Below, one piece after another: positions 1 through 10,127 of a stretch of DNA of 32,000 nt. Within the stretch, counting starts at the first letter, position 1; every line of letters starts with the position of its first letter. A model generated the notes under the pieces. That model was not told the DNA's origin and did no database searches. It saw nothing but the letters and a program-made list of their open reading frames with translations. The stretch is from Methanosphaera stadtmanae DSM 3091. GTDB lineage: Archaea > Methanobacteriota > Methanobacteria > Methanobacteriales > Methanobacteriaceae. Location of the stretch: the NCBI RefSeq assembly GCF_000012545.1, contig NC_007681.1:1500001-1532000 (forward strand), given 5' to 3'. The position numbers and the translations under genes were made by a program.

Positions 1-203
1 AAATTAAATATAAATTGAAACTAATTAAAATTATTTGTAAGAGTATAAAAAGAAGAAGTAACTTATTGAGTAATATATTTATTTAAATCAAAGACATGGT
101 AAAAATATATTAAATAAATTAAATATATAATAATAAAGAGTGAATAAATAATTTACTAATTTTTTTTAAGATAAAAAAAAATTAATTATCACTACTACAA
201 AAT

Positions 204-224
204 ACGTGACTAAAATTATCACGT
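204..224 (+). promoter_or_regulatory. Perfect 6-bp inverted repeat ACGTGA-N9-TCACGT in the hemC leader (candidate operator or 5' leader hairpin)
   Basis: ACGTGA lies at 204-209 and TCACGT at 219-224. The repeat ends 6 nt before GAGGAGG (231-237) and the TTG start at 246. A G/C-containing palindrome stands out in a very AT-rich leader. Confidence 0.3.
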
Positions 225-245
225 CAAGTCGAGGAGGCAGATTAA

Positions 246-1118
246 TTGATAGTTGGTACTAGAGGTAGTAAACTGGCCACCACACAAACTAAAACTGTTG
301 TAAAAGCTCTTGAAGAAATTACTGGAGAAGAAATTGAAACTAAAATAATTAAAACAACAGGAGATAAGATTAAAAATTCACAGTTATATAATATTGATGC
401 TAAAGGTATATTTACAAAAGAATTAGACACAGCCCTCATTGATGGAAGTATTGATTTTGCCGTACATAGTTTTAAGGATTTACCTAGTGAATTAAATGAC
501 CAGCTTACAATAACTGCCATACCTCAAAGAGAAGCTATTAATGAAGTATTAATTTCTAATTATTCATGGGATGAACTACCAGAAAATGCTACATTAGGTA
601 CAAGTAGTGTTAGAAGAGAAGCATTCTGTAAATTACATGGTAAAAAGATTCAAACAAAACCTATACGTGGAAATATAGATACTCGTATACGTAAAGTTGA
701 AGAAGGAGAGTATGATGCTACAATAATGGCTTTAGCAGGTATTAACCGATTAGGCCTACAGGAACATATAAAAGAAGTATTTGATGAACAATACATAACT
801 CCTCCTGCAGGACAAGGAGCTTTAGCTGTGATGACACATAAAGATTCAGAATATAATGATGTTATTTCAAAATTAAATCATGAAGATTCTAGAATTGAAG
901 CTATGACAGAAAAAGCTATTCTTGAAACTATAGGTGTTGGATGCCAATGGCCTATTGGTATAGTCTCAAAGGTAGATGGTAATAACATAAATATACATTG
1001 TAAATTATTAAGTCCTGAAGGTAAACTTTTAGCAGATGTAAACAAAACAACAGATAAAAACAATGCTATTAATACTGCAAAAGTTATTGGAACAAAATTA
1101 AGAGAGGATACTTTATGA
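246..1118 (+). CDS. hemC: Hydroxymethylbilane synthase (porphobilinogen deaminase)
   Basis: 290-aa ORF with motifs typical of HemC: VGTRGSKLA, GIFTKELD, DFAVHSFKDLP, LGTSSVRR, RGNIDTR, AGQGALAV. TTG start has GAGGAGG 8 nt upstream. Confidence 0.9.
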   Translation: MIVGTRGSKLATTQTKTVVKALEEITGEEIETKIIKTTGDKIKNSQLYNIDAKGIFTKELDTALIDGSIDFAVHSFKDLPSELNDQLTITAIPQREAINEVLISNYSWDELPENATLGTSSVRREAFCKLHGKKIQTKPIRGNIDTRIRKVEEGEYDATIMALAGINRLGLQEHIKEVFDEQYITPPAGQGALAVMTHKDSEYNDVISKLNHEDSRIEAMTEKAILETIGVGCQWPIGIVSKVDGNNINIHCKLLSPEGKLLADVNKTTDKNNAINTAKVIGTKLREDTL

Positions 1119-2068
1119 AACAGACAAATGTAGGTGTTATTGGAGTAGGATCTATGGGTTACAACCACGTACGTATATACTCTGAATTAGAAAATGCGAA
1201 TTTAGTAGCTATATCAGATATGGTACGAGGTACACTTGATAAGGTATCGAAAGAATTTAATACTGTAGGTTATGTTGATTATGATAATATACTTCAAATT
1301 GATGATATTGAAGTAGTAAATATCTGTGTACCAACAGTATTCCATCATGATGTAGTTATGCGGGCAATAGAAGCAGGAAAAAATGTACTTGTAGAAAAAC
1401 CTATTGCTTCAAAATTAAATGAAGCAGAAGAAATGATCAAAGCAGCAGAAGACGCAGGTGTAACTTTGGCAACAGGACATGTTGAAAGATTTAATCCGGC
1501 TGTAAGAGTTGCAAAAAAATTAATTGATGAAGGAGCAATAGGTGAAGTTGTAACTGCAAATTCAAAAAGATTAGGTCCTTTTCCTCCAAGAATACGTGAT
1601 GTTGGAGTTGCTATCGATTTAGCAATACATGATATTGATATTTTCAATTACCTATTTAATAGTAGGGCAAATACTGTATTTGCAAATATGAGTAGTAAAC
1701 TTAAAAATTGTGAGTTTGAAGACCATGCAGAAATTATGACTAAATATGATAGTGGAGTTTTAAGTATACTTGAAACTAACTGGTTAACACCATATAAAAA
1801 ACGTCAATTAAATATTACTGGAATTGACGGAATTATAAGTGTTGATTATGGAAATCAAACTGTTACATTATTTAAAGAAAATAATCAGGTTGAAGACATA
1901 AAAGTTGAAAATAAAGAACCTCTCAAAGAAGAATTAAGATCATTTGTTGATTGTGTACAAAACAATACTCCTCCAGAAGTATCTGGTAAAGATGGATATG
2001 AAGCATTGAGAATTGTTGATGCTGCAATGACCTCATCCAAAGATAAAAGACTAGTGTATTTAGATTAA
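1115..2068 (+). CDS. Gfo/Idh/MocA-family NAD(P)-dependent oxidoreductase (sugar/nucleotide-sugar dehydrogenase-like)
   Basis: 317-aa ORF with an N-terminal Rossmann motif GVIGVGSMG and the family EKP motif (VLVEKPIA). ATGA overlap with the hemC stop; GAGAGGA SD lies 6 nt upstream. Confidence 0.8.
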   Translation: MKQTNVGVIGVGSMGYNHVRIYSELENANLVAISDMVRGTLDKVSKEFNTVGYVDYDNILQIDDIEVVNICVPTVFHHDVVMRAIEAGKNVLVEKPIASKLNEAEEMIKAAEDAGVTLATGHVERFNPAVRVAKKLIDEGAIGEVVTANSKRLGPFPPRIRDVGVAIDLAIHDIDIFNYLFNSRANTVFANMSSKLKNCEFEDHAEIMTKYDSGVLSILETNWLTPYKKRQLNITGIDGIISVDYGNQTVTLFKENNQVEDIKVENKEPLKEELRSFVDCVQNNTPPEVSGKDGYEALRIVDAAMTSSKDKRLVYLD

Positions 2069-2069
2069 A

Positions 2070-2675
2070 GTGATGAAAATGAAAAATAAATTAATTGAAA
2101 AAGCTACTGAACTTAGAAATAAGGGATTAACCACTGGTGAAATTGCAGATGAATTAAATATATCTAAAGATACAACTCAATGGTTAATTATGCAAATGAC
2201 CACAGTTAATAAAACAAAACAGAAACAAAAACCTGATGATTTTGCTATTAATTGGAAAACTATTGGTTCTAGTTCATCACGTATGCAGTATATTGCTTCA
2301 GCATTATCTGACATGGCTGTTGAAGAAGGAGTTGTTGATGCAGTTGTAGGTATTAGTATTAGTGGAGTACCATTTGCTACTATAATGGCTGAAATATTAG
2401 ATGCTGAACTTGCAGTATTTCATCCAATTAAACATATGAAAAATGAATCAGCACAAGGAGCTCTAAGTCATAACTTTGCTAATATTAAAAATAAAACAGT
2501 TGTAATTGTAGATGATGTTATAACAAGTGGAGCTACAATTACTGATGCTATTAGAGTATGTAAAAAAAATGGTGCAAATCCTCTAGTTGTCACAGTTCTT
2601 GTGGATAAAAAAGGACTTGATGATTCTGATAATGTACCTATTAAATCATTGATTAAAATTAATAAAGTAGGATAA
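2070..2675 (+). CDS. Orotate phosphoribosyltransferase-like protein with N-terminal HTH (PyrE2/GfcR-like putative regulator)
   Basis: 201 aa. The N-terminal part (LRNKGLTTGEIADELNISKDTTQWL) looks like an HTH. The C-terminal part has the PRTase PRPP loop VVIVDDVITSGATI. The track start is GTG 2070; in-frame ATGs at 2073 and 2079 are alternatives. Confidence 0.75.
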   Translation: MMKMKNKLIEKATELRNKGLTTGEIADELNISKDTTQWLIMQMTTVNKTKQKQKPDDFAINWKTIGSSSSRMQYIASALSDMAVEEGVVDAVVGISISGVPFATIMAEILDAELAVFHPIKHMKNESAQGALSHNFANIKNKTVVIVDDVITSGATITDAIRVCKKNGANPLVVTVLVDKKGLDDSDNVPIKSLIKINKVG

Positions 2676-2681
2676 AAATAA

Positions 2682-2704
2682 TTTCTTATTTCTCTTTTTT
2701 CTTT
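2682..2704 (+). terminator. Oligo-T tract downstream of the PRTase-like gene
   Basis: tttcttatttctcttttttcttt follows immediately after the TAA stop (2673-2675). Archaeal termination typically uses oligo-dT. Confidence 0.4.
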
Positions 2705-2894
2705 AAATAATACCATAATAGATTTAATTAAAAAAAATACATTAATAATCACAATACATTAAAAATAATATATATTTCAAAAAACATATATTATAGTAAT
2801 ATAAAGTTAGTATTTCTAAGGAAGATACTAAAATAAGAAGATGAGATTTTAGGATAATTAATTCATAAAGGAAAATTATGGGAGGACATATATT

Positions 2895-3230
2895 TTGAAG
2901 AAATCTAACAATAAAAATAATCATAAAAATAACCATAATAACAATCAAGGTGGAGAAAACATACGTGTAAGATCACCTAGACGTGGTGAAATTCCAGGAG
3001 TTGTTGAACAAATATTAGGACATGGAAAACTTAAAGTAAGATGTAATGATAAACAAATCAGATTATGTCGTATTCCTGGTAAAATGAAAAAACGTATATG
3101 GATTCGTGAAGGTGATGTTGTACTTGTAAAACCATGGGATTTCCAAAGTGATGAAAAAGCAGATGTTATTTGGAGATACACCCGTACAGAAGCAAATTAC
3201 CTTGAAAGAAGAGGATTCCTAAAAATATAA
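2895..3230 (+). CDS. eif1A: Translation initiation factor aIF-1A
   Basis: S1/OB core IRVRSPRRGEIPGVVEQILGHGKLKVRCNDKQIRLCRIPGKMKKRIWIREGDVVLV..WRY. TTG start has GGAGG (2881-2885) 9 nt upstream. The N-terminal tail is rich in Asn, His and Lys. Confidence 0.9.
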   Translation: MKKSNNKNNHKNNHNNNQGGENIRVRSPRRGEIPGVVEQILGHGKLKVRCNDKQIRLCRIPGKMKKRIWIREGDVVLVKPWDFQSDEKADVIWRYTRTEANYLERRGFLKI

Positions 3231-3284
3231 TAAAATATAAAACAATCCTAATAATAGCTCTTATAATAATTAGAGGTTAATAAT

Positions 3285-4232
3285 ATGAATATGATAGAAA
3301 AATTAGAGCCAATTTTAATTTTTGGAGCTATTATACTAGGATTACTATTTAAGGATATTTCCTTATTAAATAATATAAGCCCCTTACTTATAACTGTTTT
3401 TCTAGCATTAATGTTATTTGCACTGTTTTTAGATATTCCCCTCGAGGATATTAGAAGTAGTTTTTCAAATAGAAAATTCACAATAATTAGTATTTTAATT
3501 AATTTTATATGGACACCACTTTTTGGATATTTTCTAGGAAGCTTATTTTTATATGGACATGTTGATATTTTTATAGGATTTTTCATGTTAATATTAACTC
3601 CATGTACTGATTGGTATTTGTTATTTACTAAAATATCCAAGGGAAATGTTCCACTTAGTTTATCTATACTACCAATTAACTTACTGTTACAGATAATATT
3701 ACTACCAGTATATTTAGTGTTATTTTTCTCAAATTCTAATAATATTGTAATGTTGGATTTAGTAGATGGGTTGTTGACATTTATTATTATCCCATTTATT
3801 GGATCAGAAGTTGTTAAATTTATTCTTAGAAATAAAAATAAGACTAAAGAAAAAATTACTGGATTTTTTTCAAGTTGTCAAATACTATTTTTATGTATTG
3901 CAATATTTGGATTGTTTAATACTGAAGCAAGTAGTCTTTTTGAAAACTTAGATGTAATTGGTCTTATATTTATTCCATTAATGATATTTTTCATAGTTAA
4001 TTTCATATTAGATTTTATTTTATCTAGACAACTGGATTTTAATTATGAAAATTATGTAAGTTTAACTCTTACAACATTAGCACGTAATTCCCCACTTGCA
4101 CTTGCTATTGCTATAAAATCCTTTCCAAACAATGAATTAATTGCAATAGCATTAGTAGTTGGACCATTAATTGAATTACCTGTTTTATATATTGTATCAA
4201 GAGTGTTGTTATATATACAAAAAAAATATTAG
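3285..4232 (+). CDS. ACR3/BASS-superfamily permease (arsenical-resistance-3 / bile acid:Na+ symporter-like), polytopic membrane protein
   Basis: 315 aa and strongly hydrophobic. LTPCTDWYLLF resembles the ACR3 Cys-containing helix. The C-terminal LARNSPLALAIAI....VVGPLIELPVLYIV resembles the ACR3/SBF signature. AGAGGT SD lies 7 nt upstream. Confidence 0.6.
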   Translation: MNMIEKLEPILIFGAIILGLLFKDISLLNNISPLLITVFLALMLFALFLDIPLEDIRSSFSNRKFTIISILINFIWTPLFGYFLGSLFLYGHVDIFIGFFMLILTPCTDWYLLFTKISKGNVPLSLSILPINLLLQIILLPVYLVLFFSNSNNIVMLDLVDGLLTFIIIPFIGSEVVKFILRNKNKTKEKITGFFSSCQILFLCIAIFGLFNTEASSLFENLDVIGLIFIPLMIFFIVNFILDFILSRQLDFNYENYVSLTLTTLARNSPLALAIAIKSFPNNELIAIALVVGPLIELPVLYIVSRVLLYIQKKY

Positions 4233-4279
4233 GTAATAAAAATACAAAAGAATAATAAGAAGTAGAAGAGGGTTGTTAC

Positions 4280-5059
4280 TTGAATAAACACTATATTGAT
4301 GCAGATAAGCAAATGAGAAAATTAGAAGAAACTAAAAGATTAAAAAGTGTTGAAGATAAACAAGTTTCTAGTGAAGTTTTTGATGACAAAACATTAAAAG
4401 TTCTCTATAAACTTGCAAATAAGGGATATATTCGAAGTTTAAATGGAGTTATAAGTACTGGTAAGGAAGCAAATGTATTTCTTGGTATTGATGATGATGA
4501 CAATCCTGTTGCTGTGAAAATATATAGGGTTATGACACTTGATTTTAAAAAGATTAAGGAATATATTGCTGGTGATCCTAGATTCAAGAGTCATGGAAAT
4601 AATACAAGACAGATTATTACTGCATGGACTCAGAAGGAATTTAAAAATCTTAGTAGGTTATATAAGTTAGGTCTTAGAGTTCCTGAACCCTATATTGCCA
4701 TGGAAAATGTGTTGGTAATGGAATACTTAGAATACTCTGATGATGATAATAGTGCAGCACCTCCACTGAGTAAGGCCAAATTAGATAATGCTAGTGAGGT
4801 TTTTGAGGAGATTATTGATTTTATGGATGTTGCATATAACAAGGCACATCTTGTTCATGGTGATCTTTCTAGATACAATATTCTCTTATCACATGGACAC
4901 CCCTATATTATTGATGTTTCACAATCTACACTAGATAGTCATCCTTCAAGTAGAAGTTTACTTGAACGCGATATTAAAAATATACTATATGATAGTAAGA
5001 AATTCAAATTAAATTTAACATATGAATATGTTAGAAATAGAATTATTAAAAATGACTAA
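4280..5059 (+). CDS. rio1: RIO-type serine protein kinase (Rio1-like)
   Basis: Motifs STGKEANVF, VAVKIYR, EFKNLSRL and LVHGDLSRYNIL..IIDVSQS are seen. TTG start has GAGGG 7 nt upstream. Confidence 0.85.
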   Translation: MNKHYIDADKQMRKLEETKRLKSVEDKQVSSEVFDDKTLKVLYKLANKGYIRSLNGVISTGKEANVFLGIDDDDNPVAVKIYRVMTLDFKKIKEYIAGDPRFKSHGNNTRQIITAWTQKEFKNLSRLYKLGLRVPEPYIAMENVLVMEYLEYSDDDNSAAPPLSKAKLDNASEVFEEIIDFMDVAYNKAHLVHGDLSRYNILLSHGHPYIIDVSQSTLDSHPSSRSLLERDIKNILYDSKKFKLNLTYEYVRNRIIKND

Positions 5060-5403
5060 GTATATTCTTGGATAGTATGTAGAAGCAATATTTTACATAT
5101 ACTTTTTTATAATAGTTAAAACAAAGTAAGATACAGAGAATTTAGAAATAATAAATATAAACTTCGTATTAAGATAAACCATAATAAATATTAAATAGGT
5201 TATAGAATGATTATAACTAATTATCAGATATTTATTATATATCACCAATTAAATAGAAAACAATCTTATTTATTACTATTTAATGAAGATTGGTTAAATT
5301 AAGTTATCATAAACCTTCTTATTTATTCATAAATACGATTAATCAATCGATTTATATTATTACTATTAGAGAAGACTAGAAGTTATAAAGGAGCTTTTTT
5401 ATA

Positions 5404-6105
5404 ATGGTTAACACAGAATACCTTAAAATTCCGAAAGATAGAGTCGGTGTAACAATTGGTAAAAATGGAAAAATAAAACATCAATTAGAAATTATTACAA
5501 AAACAGAACTTAAAATTGATAGTGATACTGGAAATATTGCTATAAGTTCTACTGATGAAACAGATGATCCTTTAGCAATTTGGAAAGCTAGATATATGAT
5601 TAAAGCTATTGGAAGAGGATTCAATCCTGATATTGCTTTAACTCTTGAAAATGATGATTTAATTTTGGAAATTATTAATTTACAAGATTATGTTGGAAAA
5701 TCTAAAAAAGCTTTAGTAAGACAAAAAGGTAGAATCATTGGTAAAAATGGAAGAACAAGACAAATCATGCATGATATGCTTGATGTTGAAATTAGTATCT
5801 ATGGTAAAACAGTATCTTTAATTGGAGAAATTGAAAATATACAAATGGCAAGAGAAGCTATTGAAATGATACTTGAAGGATCTAGACAAAAAACTGTATA
5901 TGCATATCTTGAAAAAATGCATGATAAACTTAAAAGAAAAGAATTTGATGAAATGGTTAATGGTAAACCAGACATGAAAGATATTTTAAGAGAAGACCTG
6001 GATACTGATGAAGACTTCACTGATGCTGAGGAAGATTACAATAAGAATGCTATTAGTGAAGATGATGAAGATAATGAATTTGAAGAAGAATCTGAAACCT
6101 TGTAA
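5404..6105 (+). CDS. KH-domain RNA-binding protein, archaeal Dim2/Pno1-like, with acidic C-terminal tail
   Basis: Two KH-like modules are seen (IPKDRVGVTIGKNGKIK; RQKGRIIGKNGRTRQ). AAGGAG SD lies 10 nt upstream. The last ~45 aa are rich in Asp and Glu. Confidence 0.8.
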   Translation: MVNTEYLKIPKDRVGVTIGKNGKIKHQLEIITKTELKIDSDTGNIAISSTDETDDPLAIWKARYMIKAIGRGFNPDIALTLENDDLILEIINLQDYVGKSKKALVRQKGRIIGKNGRTRQIMHDMLDVEISIYGKTVSLIGEIENIQMAREAIEMILEGSRQKTVYAYLEKMHDKLKRKEFDEMVNGKPDMKDILREDLDTDEDFTDAEEDYNKNAISEDDEDNEFEEESETL

Positions 6106-6110
6106 AAAAT

Positions 6111-6130
6111 CTCTTTTTACATTTTTTTTT
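6111..6130 (+). terminator. Oligo-T terminator after the KH-protein gene
   Basis: ctctttttacattttttttt (T5 then T9 at 6122-6130) begins 6 nt after the stop. Confidence 0.5.
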
Positions 6131-6461
6131 ATTATTATTTTTACATTATTAAAATAAGTGATTATATAAAAATCTATTTAAATATTTTTACTAACAACTA
6201 TTACTTATCAAGACCCCCCCCTAACCTATATAAATATATTCAACAAGGATATATATCCTAACGTTTATATTACATGTTTTACATAAAATATAGTATAAAA
6301 AATCAACATTTTTTAAATAGTACATATGTATGAAATAAAAAAAATAAGTCATATTTTTAATAGTTATTTAATATTTAGAGAAGGAATTAACTTAAAACTA
6401 TAACTTAGAGAAATACAAAATTTAATACTATTTAAAATAAAAGTAATAATTTATCGGAGGA

Positions 6462-8135
6462 ATGAAATCCTTGGAACGTGATACATCAGAATTATTTGAA
6501 GAATTTAAGGAATTAACAGCATCTGAATTTTTCAGACGAAATAAACAAATGTTAGGTTTTTCTGGAAAAATAAGATCATTAACAATAGTATTTCACGAAC
6601 TTATAACAAACAGTCTAGATGCATGTGAAGAAGTAGGAATACTGCCTGATATAACAATAGAATTAAAAAGATTAGGAAAAGATCATTACCTACTCAAACA
6701 TGCAGATAATGGACCTGGTATTCCTGAAGATTACATAACAAAGGTATACTGTCAAATGTTTGCTGGAAGTAAATTCAGAAATATACAATCTAGAGGTCAA
6801 CAAGGTCTAGGATGTAGTGGATGTGTATTATTATCACAGATGACTACAGGACAACCAGTAAAAATAAGATCAAGATACAAAGATGGAAATGAATTAAAAG
6901 GCATTGAAATGACTGTAAAACTTGATGTTAAAAAGAATACTGGAATAATTCTTAATAAAAAAGAATTTGAAACAGATAGAACCGGATCTGGAATAGAAAT
7001 AGAATTTAAAGATGTATCTTATTCCATGAGTGAACAAGGTGCTTATGAATACATAAGACGTACTGTTATTGGAAATCCCCATGCAAGAATAGTATTTAAA
7101 GATCCAACAGGTAGAAAATACACTTTTGAAAGAGCAACAGATAAAATACCACCATTACCTAAAGAAGTATTACCTCATCCAAAAGGTGTAACAGCAGATG
7201 ATATAATATACCTATGTAAAGGTACAAATAAAAAACGATTTAAAAATCTACTAATGGATTCCCTATCAAGAGTATCTGCAGCAAAAATAAAAGAAATACA
7301 AGAAGCTACAGGTATTGATATGAACAAACGACCAAAAAGCATAACATGGAAAGAAGCTGAAGCTGTTGTTCAACAATTTGATAAAATGAAATTCATGGCA
7401 CCACCAACAAATGGTCTTAAGCCAATAGGTAGTGAACAAATAGAAAAAGGTATAAATGAAATTCTCTTACCAGAATTTTCAACTGCTATAACAAGAAAAC
7501 CTCAAGCATACCGTGGAGGAGTATCATTTATTGTAGAAGCAGGAATTGCATATGGTGGTAATTCTGGAAGATTAATTGGAAGTCAAAGAAAAGCAGAAAT
7601 TATGAGATTTGCTAACAGAGTTCCTTTAACATTTGACCAGGGAAGTTGTGCAATAACTGAAGCTTTAAAAAGTATTGACTGGAGACGATATGGTGTACGG
7701 GACTTAGATAATGCACCAATATCAGTATTTGTAAATATTATTTCAACAAATGTACCATACCTTTCAACAGGAAAACAAAGTGTTGCACCTGAAGAAGAAA
7801 TTGTACGTGAAATAAGACAAGCAACAATGAAAATAGCTCGTAAACTAGAAAAATACATACGAACTAAAAAAGCAGCAAAAAATGAAGAAATGAGAGCTAA
7901 AATATTTGAAGATTTAGTCCCTGTTGTAATTAAACAATCTGCATTACTTGCTGAAAAAGATGTTCCAGAATATAATAAGGTAATGGATGAAGTTACACAC
8001 AAAGCTAAGATTATGGATATGAAAAATCGTCTTAAACAACCAGAAATCAAACCTATGGAAGTAAAAACTGAAGAACCAGAAATGAGAATAAAAACTGAAA
8101 TAGAGGAAGAATTATCTGAGGATGAAAATTTCTAA
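6462..8135 (+). CDS. top6B: DNA topoisomerase VI subunit B
   Basis: 557 aa with a GHKL ATPase N-box (ELITNSLDA), DNGPGIP, and SRGQQGLG. It lies immediately upstream of top6A. ATG 6462 is only 1 nt from GGAGG (6456-6460); in-frame TTG 6471 is an alternative start. Confidence 0.9.
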   Translation: MKSLERDTSELFEEFKELTASEFFRRNKQMLGFSGKIRSLTIVFHELITNSLDACEEVGILPDITIELKRLGKDHYLLKHADNGPGIPEDYITKVYCQMFAGSKFRNIQSRGQQGLGCSGCVLLSQMTTGQPVKIRSRYKDGNELKGIEMTVKLDVKKNTGIILNKKEFETDRTGSGIEIEFKDVSYSMSEQGAYEYIRRTVIGNPHARIVFKDPTGRKYTFERATDKIPPLPKEVLPHPKGVTADDIIYLCKGTNKKRFKNLLMDSLSRVSAAKIKEIQEATGIDMNKRPKSITWKEAEAVVQQFDKMKFMAPPTNGLKPIGSEQIEKGINEILLPEFSTAITRKPQAYRGGVSFIVEAGIAYGGNSGRLIGSQRKAEIMRFANRVPLTFDQGSCAITEALKSIDWRRYGVRDLDNAPISVFVNIISTNVPYLSTGKQSVAPEEEIVREIRQATMKIARKLEKYIRTKKAAKNEEMRAKIFEDLVPVVIKQSALLAEKDVPEYNKVMDEVTHKAKIMDMKNRLKQPEIKPMEVKTEEPEMRIKTEIEEELSEDENF

Positions 8136-8151
8136 GTAGGAGAGATAGACA

Positions 8152-9225
8152 ATGATGAAACATAAAGAAATAGCTTTAAATAAACTAAGAGGTATGGGGG
8201 ATGAAGTTCTTGAAAAGATACTTCAAGAAGAAGTACCTAGTTTAAAAATTCCATCAAGAGGAACAGGAAATATCATCTATAATCAAGATAAAAGATATTT
8301 TGAATTAGGTGAAAGAAAAGGTACTAGATCTTTAGGTAATGTAAAACAAATAAAGAAAATGGCACAGATGATGTGTGTTGGTAATTTCTGTAAGGAATTA
8401 GTAAATATACAAAAAACTGCTACTATGAGGGAGATGTACTATGTATCTGAAGGATGGGATGTTGGATTTGATAACCAGCAAGAATCAAACAACATAACAG
8501 AAGATATAGAAGTAACTCTTGGTGTATCTCGTGAAAATCTAGGATTATTACCAGAGGAAGATGGTGCTTCAGTATATGGTGATATAACTCTACGTGATGA
8601 TGATGTTGAATTTAATGCTAAAAAACTTGGAAAATCAGGTTATACCATTCCTCCAACGATTGATGATGTTGAATTTGTTGATTCAAATGTAGAAAGAATT
8701 ATTGCAGTGGAAACCATGGGGATGTATCATCGTATGGTTCAAGAAAAAGCATATGATAGATTTAATACATTGATTGTAGGATTAAAAGGACAAGCTGCAC
8801 GTGCAACACGTAGATTTATTAGAAGAGCCAGTGATGAATTACAAGTTCCTGTTTATATTTGTAACGACGGAGATCCATGGGGTTTCCACATTGCTATGGT
8901 AATTATATCAGGTAGTGCAAAATTAGCTCACGTAAATCATGACCTTGCAACTCCAGATGCTAAATTCCTTGGAGTAACAGCATCAGATATTGAAAATTAT
9001 GATCTTCCTACTGATAAACTAAAAGATATTGATGTAGCACGTCTTAAAGAATTAGCTGCTGATCCTAGATATAAGGCTGATTTCTGGCAGACAGAAATTA
9101 AGAAAATGATTAAACTTGGACGTAAGGCAGAACAGCAATCATTCTCCAAATATGGTCTTGAATATATTGTAGATAATTATTTCCCAAATAAAATAAGTGC
9201 TATTGAAGGTAAACCAATAGAATAG
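8152..9225 (+). CDS. top6A: DNA topoisomerase VI subunit A (Spo11 homologue)
   Basis: 357 aa. Catalytic-Tyr region [10 protein letters not shown], Toprim region IAVETMG...DGDPWG. AGGAGAG SD is present. Confidence 0.92.
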   Translation: MMKHKEIALNKLRGMGDEVLEKILQEEVPSLKIPSRGTGNIIYNQDKRYFELGERKGTRSLGNVKQIKKMAQMMCVGNFCKELVNIQKTATMREMYYVSEGWDVGFDNQQESNNITEDIEVTLGVSRENLGLLPEEDGASVYGDITLRDDDVEFNAKKLGKSGYTIPPTIDDVEFVDSNVERIIAVETMGMYHRMVQEKAYDRFNTLIVGLKGQAARATRRFIRRASDELQVPVYICNDGDPWGFHIAMVIISGSAKLAHVNHDLATPDAKFLGVTASDIENYDLPTDKLKDIDVARLKELAADPRYKADFWQTEIKKMIKLGRKAEQQSFSKYGLEYIVDNYFPNKISAIEGKPIE

Positions 9226-9263
9226 GTAAATAATTATTTACTTATATTCTTTTTTTTGGAGGG

Positions 9264-9644
9264 ATGAAAATAAATATAAAAAATATTTTTTCAGGAAAAA
9301 CTATACCTTTAACTATTTTAATGATAATTGCTACTAGTACATTACTTGACCAAGATTCCACATTAATACTACCTCTTTTATTATTTGTAGGAATAGTATG
9401 TGGAATAATAAAACATGATTCTATGACCTATACTTTAATAACAGCATTTGTTGCTTTTATGTTAGGTTTCATATTATCGTTTATAATCTCATTAATTAGT
9501 GTTTATTATATTGAAGGTGGATTATATGCCATTGCACTTATACAATCATCCCTTGTTTATCTAATTTTATATATATTTGTAGGTTGTCTTGGGAGTTCAC
9601 TAGGTTTTCATATAATAAATGAGTTATATGAATTAAAACAATAA
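9264..9644 (+). CDS. Small multi-TM membrane protein, paralog 1 of 3 (family not confidently recognised; possibly DUF5518-like)
   Basis: 126 aa and hydrophobic. It shares KTIP, G-I-V/L-x-G-x-x-KHD and C-terminal G-x-x-G-x-x-x-G-F/Y-x-I-x-x-E motifs with the ORFs at 9666 and 13128. Confidence 0.6.
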   Translation: MKINIKNIFSGKTIPLTILMIIATSTLLDQDSTLILPLLLFVGIVCGIIKHDSMTYTLITAFVAFMLGFILSFIISLISVYYIEGGLYAIALIQSSLVYLILYIFVGCLGSSLGFHIINELYELKQ

Positions 9645-9665
9645 TATAATTTAGAGGTAATTAAT

Positions 9666-10088
9666 ATGGATTTAAATGAATTATTTGAAAGTAAAACAAT
9701 ACCCATTGGTGTATCAATAATTGTAATAGCATATCTTATTGGATATCAATTATTTATAGCATCAACCATTATCAGATTTCTTACACCTACAGCTGGATTA
9801 TTATTCTTTTTTACAGGAATACTAGTTGGTATGATGAAACATGATGAAATTGAACAATCAATTGTTGCTGCTGGTATAACCTCAGCCAGTGGTTCAATAG
9901 CAATTACTCTAATTACATACATAATTGTTAGTATGAATGATACTTATGGATATTCCCAATTTCTAAATATTGGACCTTCAGTAATGGATTTACTGATATT
10001 CATAGTTGTAGGTGCTATTGGAGGCGTTATTGGATACTACATTATTAGGGAAATCTTCTCCCAAAAAACAAGAGAACATCATTTCTAA
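9666..10088 (+). CDS. Small multi-TM membrane protein, paralog 2 of 3
   Basis: 140 aa. TGILVGMMKHDE and VGAIGGVIGYYIIREI are nearly identical to motifs in the 13128 ORF. GAGGT SD is present. Confidence 0.65.
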   Translation: MDLNELFESKTIPIGVSIIVIAYLIGYQLFIASTIIRFLTPTAGLLFFFTGILVGMMKHDEIEQSIVAAGITSASGSIAITLITYIIVSMNDTYGYSQFLNIGPSVMDLLIFIVVGAIGGVIGYYIIREIFSQKTREHHF

Positions 10089-10127
10089 GTTAAATTTCAA
10101 AATAAAAAAAACTAATAATTTTAAAAG

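Noticed and set aside
3248-3640. A 130-aa minus-strand ORF overlapping the start of the permease gene. Many other antisense ORFs in the track were also considered: 242-520, 878-1168, 1345-1647, 2468-2752, 2742-2948, 2945-3181, 4405-4587, 5799-6020, 6894-7082, 7583-8050, 11931-12239, 13825-14025, 14165-14368, 15488-15718, 16449-16637, 17250-17447, 17393-17575, 19176-19376, 23344-23547, 24206-24433, 24458-24667, 27523-27720, 27940-28158 and 31279-31524.
   Set aside because: Each lies inside or against a gene with clear family motifs on the other strand or frame. They lack SD sites and translate to low-complexity sequence typical of shadow ORFs.
6214-6221. A C8 homopolymer (agaccccccccta) in the AT-rich region upstream of top6B
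   Set aside because: It is striking in composition but lies ~240 nt from the top6B start. It has no complementary G-run or repeat partner, and I see no way to assign a function. It may merit a look only as a possible sequencing-error or phase-variable site.
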